In this document: positions 58,179-64,000 of the stretch, in pieces
Layout of the letters: the number at the start of each line of letters is the position of its first letter
Position numbering within the stretch: the first letter of the stretch is position 1
DNA from: an uncultured virus (IMG/VR IMGVR_UViG_3300038312_000396)
Lineage: Duplodnaviria; Heunggongvirae; Uroviricota; Caudoviricetes
Length of the DNA: 64,000 nucleotides
IMG/VR virus record: IMGVR_UViG_3300038312_000396
Reading direction: 5' to 3' (one strand)
Notes under the pieces: generated by a model
Told to the model about the DNA's origin: nothing
The model's input: only the letters and a program-made list of their open reading frames with translations
Databases searched by the model: none
Made by a program: the position numbers and the translations under genes

Positions 58179-59732
58179 TTATTCTAAAACCAATTGTAAG
58201 TAACCAGACGTTAATATAGGATGTACATATTTAAAGTCACTTGTAAATGCTGTTGCACTTACTCCGTCTACTAAATATTCCTCTGCGATACCCCTTTTAT
58301 ATTTTAATGTTGCACTCCGACCTTTGTATTCTATAAGTATTTGTCTATCATTTTTGAGATACATGTTAATGTATGCCATCTTTTTTACATCATGCTGCAT
58401 TAAAAATGTTCTAAGATTTGTAGTTTCAAAATTGGGATAGTTAATTACTTTTTTATCATACTTAGTCAAGTCTTCATTTAACTTAGCTACGTCAATAAAC
58501 TTACTTGAGTAAGTACCAAACGCCATTTTATGCCCGTTAGCTATTGTATACTGCCTAAATATACTTAAATAATCAAAGTTAGAGTCAATTCCTCTAACGC
58601 TACCCCTCTTTAAATCTTTGTTTGAATCTGATATAACCCAAGCGGTGTTCCTGTAATGCTCTTTTGCCCTAGAGGCTATCAAACCAACAAAATTGTCAAT
58701 GTTTGCCGATATTCCTAATTCTTCTTCATGTTTTAAACTGTTAACATTTAATAAACCCCTTACAATCTTTTCATAAACCCTGTAGTCGGTATGCTGATAC
58801 AAATAATCCACTAATTTTCTCTGTTTCTGCTTGTACCCCAACAATTCTGATGTTATCTCCTTTTCGTTAAAGGCTCTTATTATTTCTAATCCTTTGTTAA
58901 ACCTAAACAAGCTGTTTATTACAGGTGAGAACTCAAAGTCGATGAAGTTTCTTTCTATTTTAGGTAACCCAAACACATAGTCATTGGTTTTAAATGAAAG
59001 TATAAATTCCACATGCTCAGAGTCATTCCAATACTTATATGTAGTATATAGAAAATACCTACATATCTCATTTTCTATATCTCTTGAATCTGATAACAGG
59101 GTAATTCCTACCCATATTTTATTTTCTATACTCTCTATCCATTGTTTAGCTTCTTTTTCAAATCCCATCCCCTTTAGTATCCAATATAAAGCATAGTATA
59201 CAACTCCTGCACCCGATAAAGTCACTATCGAATCAGGTACGTCATCTTGTTTATACTGATTATTGATTAAAGTATACAAATCTTTTTCTTTAAGTATATC
59301 TTGAGGTATATGGTGATCTATGCAAACCACTTTTATATTTTCCTTATTTAGCCGATCTATGTAATCAGCTTCTATTGTAAAGTCTACGCACAAGCACAAA
59401 TCTATCCTGTTTTTCTTACATGTACTTATGACCCTTTTTTCAAACCCATGCTTGCGGTCGCTGTTCACAAACTGGAAATACTTCTTACCAGTTATTCTAC
59501 AAAAGTTGCTTGCCATTTCGCCTGCAAGTAAGCCGTCAACATCAGGATCATAATAAACTAATACCCTGTTTGCTTGACCTATTAACCTACTCGCACTTTC
59601 AACGCCTATAGGTTTATACATAAAAAATTCGGGGGTATTATCCTCTAGTACCCCTGTCTTGAACCCCATATCGTCTGTCCGTTCTGAAATTAAAGTATCC
59701 CAATCTAAATCTAACTTTGTAAACTTTATCAT
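58179..59732 (-). CDS. RecJ-like DHH exonuclease
   Basis: YYDPDVDG, LCVD, IDHH, LSGAGV, GSVRG, GHKMAFG. Confidence 0.88.
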   Translation of the reverse strand: MIKFTKLDLDWDTLISERTDDMGFKTGVLEDNTPEFFMYKPIGVESASRLIGQANRVLVYYDPDVDGLLAGEMASNFCRITGKKYFQFVNSDRKHGFEKRVISTCKKNRIDLCLCVDFTIEADYIDRLNKENIKVVCIDHHIPQDILKEKDLYTLINNQYKQDDVPDSIVTLSGAGVVYYALYWILKGMGFEKEAKQWIESIENKIWVGITLLSDSRDIENEICRYFLYTTYKYWNDSEHVEFILSFKTNDYVFGLPKIERNFIDFEFSPVINSLFRFNKGLEIIRAFNEKEITSELLGYKQKQRKLVDYLYQHTDYRVYEKIVRGLLNVNSLKHEEELGISANIDNFVGLIASRAKEHYRNTAWVISDSNKDLKRGSVRGIDSNFDYLSIFRQYTIANGHKMAFGTYSSKFIDVAKLNEDLTKYDKKVINYPNFETTNLRTFLMQHDVKKMAYINMYLKNDRQILIEYKGRSATLKYKRGIAEEYLVDGVSATAFTSDFKYVHPILTSGYLQLVLE

Positions 59733-59736
59733 ATCG

Positions 59737-60621
59737 TTAGTCCTTTATCTTTTTTCGTATTTTATCGGCAATTATAGATTCTAAGCAATAACCATCAGAA
59801 TGGTTTAAAGAGTCAAAAATAACGAACGGATCTTTAAAAAAGACGTTTTCATAGTTACGCATATCTCCTACGGTGACCGTACCACCCTCGCTTAGTTTTA
59901 TTATATCATGATCTACATAGTGACTTAACCGTGTATCTCCTAATTCAGCAATCACTGCCGATACAGGTACGCTCATTTCTTTTGATAGGTTGTTTAGTGT
60001 ATTAAAATATAACTTTAAAGAATCCCTGTTATATACCCCTTTTCCTATCACTCCTGATGTAACTTTGCCATCTTCCCAATGTTTAGCACATACTCCCGTG
60101 AATGCATAATCTTCTTCGCCTGTTAACTCTCTTATTATTGTGTTATCTAAACTATTTATGCAAGCGTTCATAGATGCTCTTTTGTTACACCAACACATCC
60201 CTTTTATCTCTACAATTCTATCGGCAATTCCCAGTATGTTCTTAGTTCCAATATACAAGTTACCTGTATAGTCACTTCGTAATGCAAATACCACTACAGG
60301 TAAGCCCCTATTTGCTATTTTACGTAATCCTAAAATAGCTGCATTACTCAAATACTGTCCGTTATCTACAAGTACAATATCTATTTTTTCAGAAACCGCT
60401 AAAAGTAATACCCGTCTGTATATATCATAGTCAGGTAAAACAGGCTCTGCCGGGCAATTCAACCCCATGTCATTAACTATCATGTTCCGTTTATCTTCTA
60501 TATTCGTGTACACATTAAAAGCAACAGGTTTCATGCCTTTTTTTCTATAATTGTTGTATATTTTTATTAAGTCACTTGACTTACCGCAATTGTAAGTTCC
60601 ATAATTCAAAATAAAACTCAT
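59737..60621 (-). CDS. tdk: Thymidine kinase-like protein with C-terminal extension
   Basis: YGTYNCGKS, LVDNGQYL (canonical DEAQF), LRSDY, CWC...CAKHW zinc lasso. Confidence 0.8.
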   Translation of the reverse strand: MSFILNYGTYNCGKSSDLIKIYNNYRKKGMKPVAFNVYTNIEDKRNMIVNDMGLNCPAEPVLPDYDIYRRVLLLAVSEKIDIVLVDNGQYLSNAAILGLRKIANRGLPVVVFALRSDYTGNLYIGTKNILGIADRIVEIKGMCWCNKRASMNACINSLDNTIIRELTGEEDYAFTGVCAKHWEDGKVTSGVIGKGVYNRDSLKLYFNTLNNLSKEMSVPVSAVIAELGDTRLSHYVDHDIIKLSEGGTVTVGDMRNYENVFFKDPFVIFDSLNHSDGYCLESIIADKIRKKIKD

Positions 60622-60644
60622 ACCTTTACCGCCTTTTCTTTAGT

Positions 60645-62597
60645 TTATACTTCTTCTACGCATGAAAAGTCACATTCTTTTAGAAAATCCCCCATATTGT
60701 TATCAGCCGTTACAATTGTTAAATTTTCTACTGCCCTTGTGCAAGCAACATAATGTAATCTTCTTTCTTCTTCATATATTGCAACTGCACACATAGAGTC
60801 AGGTGGAAAAGATTTTTCTGTATCTGCAAACAATATTACATTGTCCCAGCCTTTACCCTTTGCGCTATGCACAGTAGACAAAATAACCCCTGTCTTCGCA
60901 TTTTTACACAGTATCATTTCGTCATTTATCATTGAAATAGCTTCATTTAAAGAGGCTAAATTATACTTATCCTCTGTAATAAAGTATTTTCTAATGTAAT
61001 CAATACAGTTACCTGCATATATAATTGCTTCGCCGTAAAGTTTATTATAGTCGTATACAAGCGAACCAAATCGAGTGCAAGCGTTAAACACTAAAGCATC
61101 AAAGTCTTTATCTACTTTGTACTGTTTTGCAAGTGAATGAAAGTAATATAACGGCTCAGCCAATAATCTAACGTCATTCTCATCTAAGTCTAGTAGCTTT
61201 TCTGCTATTGTTTTAATTTTATCCGCCCTGTAACCTAAGATACTTTTTAATACCCCACCACATTCTGCCAGTGTTTTGCTGTTTGTACACATTTTAATCA
61301 GGTCTAAAACACTGCAAAATGCCTTATCTGCCGTCAACGTCATTAGATCACTGGAAGTAATAAAACTAATCTTATTCTTTAATAAAACCAACATAATAGG
61401 TATTGCATGTCTATTAATTCTCATGAGTATTGCTGTGTTGTTTTGTTCTTTTAAAGATAAGCTATTTATTTCATCCTCTAGTGCGGTTGCCATGTCTAAT
61501 AGTGACATTGACTTTGCACTAATTATATTTATTTTACCCCCTGTGGAATACGCTTTTAATTCTTTTTCAAACCTTACCTTATTCTTTACAATAGACTTTT
61601 TGACAAAATTAACAATGTTGGATTTACAACGGTAGTTATACTCCAGTTTCTTAACAGTGAATCCAAAATCCTCTTGAAATTTCTTTGTTATTATGTCTAC
61701 ATCCCCACCCCGCCATGAGTAAATGGCTTGATCATCATCCCCAATAGCAAATAGATCTTTGTTATCCCCTTTAAAGTAATGTTTGAGTACCTCATATTGA
61801 ATTGTCGACAAGTCTTGGCATTCATCTATATAGAGTGAAGTATAGAGCTTTGAAATGTATTTACTTAAATTCTCATTCGCAAGCAGCCCCCTGTATAGGT
61901 ATGTCTGAATATCATCAAAATCCAATACTTTCAAATTACTTTTTAAGTCTGTAAACCTCTCATATATAGCGATTACCTCGTTTGGCAACAAGTCTAAACT
62001 ACTTTCATTTTCAAGTAACACCTGATTTATCGGCTTTAACGAGTTACTGAATAAAGTAAATAATGTACTTAAATTAACCAGTTCTTCCTGCGATTTTAAA
62101 ACGGTAATACCTTTTGTTGCTGAACGAATTAAACCCATTCGCTTAGATTCACTAATTATTTCCCAGTTAACACCTGCGTATCTAAGTACCTCTAAGAATA
62201 CGGAGTGTACTGTACCAAACCTAATAGCGTTATATACTGCTGAATTAATGTTTAGTTTAGAACACAGCTTTGTAAACTCTGATCTTAGTTTCTCTGCATC
62301 CGATTTTAAAAAAGAAAAAACCGCTGTCTTAGCAGGATTAATCTCATTATTCCTTAACTTATATGCAAGTCTCAGTAACAAAACAGTTGTTTTACCTGAT
62401 CCTGCGCATGAAATAACACACAAAGGTGAATCTTTATACGCTATAATGTCGGATATCACTTCCCAGTTAAAGATTTCATACCCTTGTTTTTTCTCTAAAA
62501 TTTCACGGTATTTCTTTAAACTAATTTTTGTATTATTTTCTTTATTTACGTCTGCCATTAAGTCTATGAATTCTTTTTCTTCCAATGTAAAGTTCAC
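60645..62597 (-). CDS. UvrD/PcrA-like SF1 helicase
   Basis: AGSGKTT, IDECQD, GDDDQAIYSWRG, NYRC, STVHSAKG, EERRLHYVACTRA. Confidence 0.95.
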   Translation of the reverse strand: MNFTLEEKEFIDLMADVNKENNTKISLKKYREILEKKQGYEIFNWEVISDIIAYKDSPLCVISCAGSGKTTVLLLRLAYKLRNNEINPAKTAVFSFLKSDAEKLRSEFTKLCSKLNINSAVYNAIRFGTVHSVFLEVLRYAGVNWEIISESKRMGLIRSATKGITVLKSQEELVNLSTLFTLFSNSLKPINQVLLENESSLDLLPNEVIAIYERFTDLKSNLKVLDFDDIQTYLYRGLLANENLSKYISKLYTSLYIDECQDLSTIQYEVLKHYFKGDNKDLFAIGDDDQAIYSWRGGDVDIITKKFQEDFGFTVKKLEYNYRCKSNIVNFVKKSIVKNKVRFEKELKAYSTGGKINIISAKSMSLLDMATALEDEINSLSLKEQNNTAILMRINRHAIPIMLVLLKNKISFITSSDLMTLTADKAFCSVLDLIKMCTNSKTLAECGGVLKSILGYRADKIKTIAEKLLDLDENDVRLLAEPLYYFHSLAKQYKVDKDFDALVFNACTRFGSLVYDYNKLYGEAIIYAGNCIDYIRKYFITEDKYNLASLNEAISMINDEMILCKNAKTGVILSTVHSAKGKGWDNVILFADTEKSFPPDSMCAVAIYEEERRLHYVACTRAVENLTIVTADNNMGDFLKECDFSCVEEV

Positions 62598-62656
62598 GCC
62601 GATTCTCCTTTTTCTTTTTGAATCTTTACGGCTTCTGTCGCTATAACTATATGTTG

Positions 62657-63991
62657 TTATAGCCCCAAGTTAATTTCTTCCTCATTGAGTCCATATCTCT
62701 CAATATAGTCTTCTTCACAAAAATGTAGTTTCTGCGCTTTCAAAGCATGGTATATATATACAGGATACCTCACTTTGTAAGTTCTGTATGCTCCCTCTCC
62801 GCAATATCTGTCGCTTCTTGAGTAAAGTGTCAAATCTACTTCCTTATTGCTGTCAAGCGGATATACTCTATTTGTGTCCCTTAAAAAGACCGAATCTTTT
62901 GCAATCTTGCTACGTTTTCTATTTGTTTTATTTCCCGTTTCATTAAAAAGATCAATAGTATGCTTATCTATGCACAAGTGCAATATCCCTAACCCTTTTA
63001 AAGGTAGGGTATCATTCCTTAGAGTGATTCTTTTTAACATGTACTCTTCCTTTAAAAACTTCGCATATTCCTCTGGTGATGAGTCATACAGTTTTTCAAA
63101 TCCAGCCCTCGTATTTAAAGGTTTAGGAACAATTCTAACAAGTATCGAATCACTATTTTTTAAGTATTCCTTGAATATAATAATTGTTTCATCATCTATT
63201 TTTGGATTTAATACATCACATATAGTAACTTGACTTAGTACAGTACCGTCTTTCATTGACATTAATATTTCTTTTTTCTTTTCTAACAGACACCTTTCAA
63301 CCAGTCTAAATGCTTTCCTGCTGTCATACCCCTTTTTCTTTGCCACTCCCATCAAGCCGCTAATATACTTATAATGCTGTAACTCCATAGTTTTTAAGAA
63401 TACATAACGCCTATATTTTTCTTGTATGTCCTCTCTGTCTGACGGTTTAGGCATTAATATTAAATGTACTTTACTTGATAAATATGTATCATCCCATAGG
63501 GAACAAAGTAAAGTACCGAACATTTCAGGTCTATACTGTAAATCAACCTCGATTTGAATTTTACTACTTTTAAATAAGCTACTGCCTTTTTCTATGTACT
63601 GCTCAAATAACAATCCGGCTATCATTCTTAGTGTCGCTAATTCCTTATCCGTGTCAAGTCCTACTTGCAATATTTTAGAGATATCTAATAACCAAAAGTT
63701 ATCCCGATATACATACGAACCGTTCACCCCTAAAAACACTGTAGACAACTTTAATGAAGTCGGATTTTTTAACTTCTTACATATTATATTACTTTGCCCT
63801 AAGTTAACTGCAAACAAATGATCAAAGTTTATACTTTGCGTAACCTTTTTCGAGTAGGTTAAATCCGTAACATCCAACTTATACCCTTTGTTGCTTAAAT
63901 ACAATGCCATTTGTCCTATTAGCTTAATTTCTGTTATGTCCTCAACTCTATCTGTCCCATATATGCCCGAAAACTTAACCACTTCACTCAT
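62657..63991 (-). CDS. Hypothetical protein
   Basis: 444-aa ORF; start near window edge so may extend further. Confidence 0.7.
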   Translation of the reverse strand: MSEVVKFSGIYGTDRVEDITEIKLIGQMALYLSNKGYKLDVTDLTYSKKVTQSINFDHLFAVNLGQSNIICKKLKNPTSLKLSTVFLGVNGSYVYRDNFWLLDISKILQVGLDTDKELATLRMIAGLLFEQYIEKGSSLFKSSKIQIEVDLQYRPEMFGTLLCSLWDDTYLSSKVHLILMPKPSDREDIQEKYRRYVFLKTMELQHYKYISGLMGVAKKKGYDSRKAFRLVERCLLEKKKEILMSMKDGTVLSQVTICDVLNPKIDDETIIIFKEYLKNSDSILVRIVPKPLNTRAGFEKLYDSSPEEYAKFLKEEYMLKRITLRNDTLPLKGLGILHLCIDKHTIDLFNETGNKTNRKRSKIAKDSVFLRDTNRVYPLDSNKEVDLTLYSRSDRYCGEGAYRTYKVRYPVYIYHALKAQKLHFCEEDYIERYGLNEEEINLGL

Positions 63992-64000
63992 TGTCTTGCC

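Noticed and set aside
95..63821. All plus-strand ORFs in the track (e.g. 30344-31024, 32381-32878, 13359-13850)
   Set aside because: Nearly all are antisense shadows of longer minus-strand genes, Ser/Leu/Phe/Ile-rich, with no motifs or RBS
1..64000. Alternative genetic code or phage structural module
   Set aside because: Genes are full length and densely packed under code 11; no capsid, portal, terminase or tail motifs recognised

Overview
An AT-rich (roughly 30% GC by eye) 64-kb segment in which every credible gene lies on the minus strand. It has no rRNA, tRNA or CRISPR array, no ribosomal-protein genes and no recognisable phage structural genes. The content best fits a very large Clostridia-type extrachromosomal element (megaplasmid-like; a jumbo phage/phage-plasmid is not excluded). 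It encodes its own DNA-metabolism set: DnaX, HU, UvrD, RecJ-like DHH nuclease, thymidine kinase-like protein, a stand-alone family A polymerase domain and a separate 5'-3' exonuclease. It also has a ParM-like actin, a Gram-positive Tad pilus operon whose pilins lack the usual prepilin motif, and a block of paralogous exported/membrane proteins. Accessory cargo includes ArdC, a HipA-like kinase pair, a nucleotidyltransferase pair, an MCP, HD-GYP, a DivIVA-like protein, two SLH paralogues, two sigma-region-4/alpha-CTD fusion proteins, and a papain-fold protein with two catalytically dead paralogues. An intact IS607 (tnpA+tnpB+omegaRNA) is present. The most unusual non-coding signals are (i) promoter-to-terminator cassettes that would make short RNAs antisense to ribosome-binding site/start-codon regions, and (ii) near-absence of the pentamer CCTTC/GAAGG. 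All calls come from motif recognition by eye; no database search was run.
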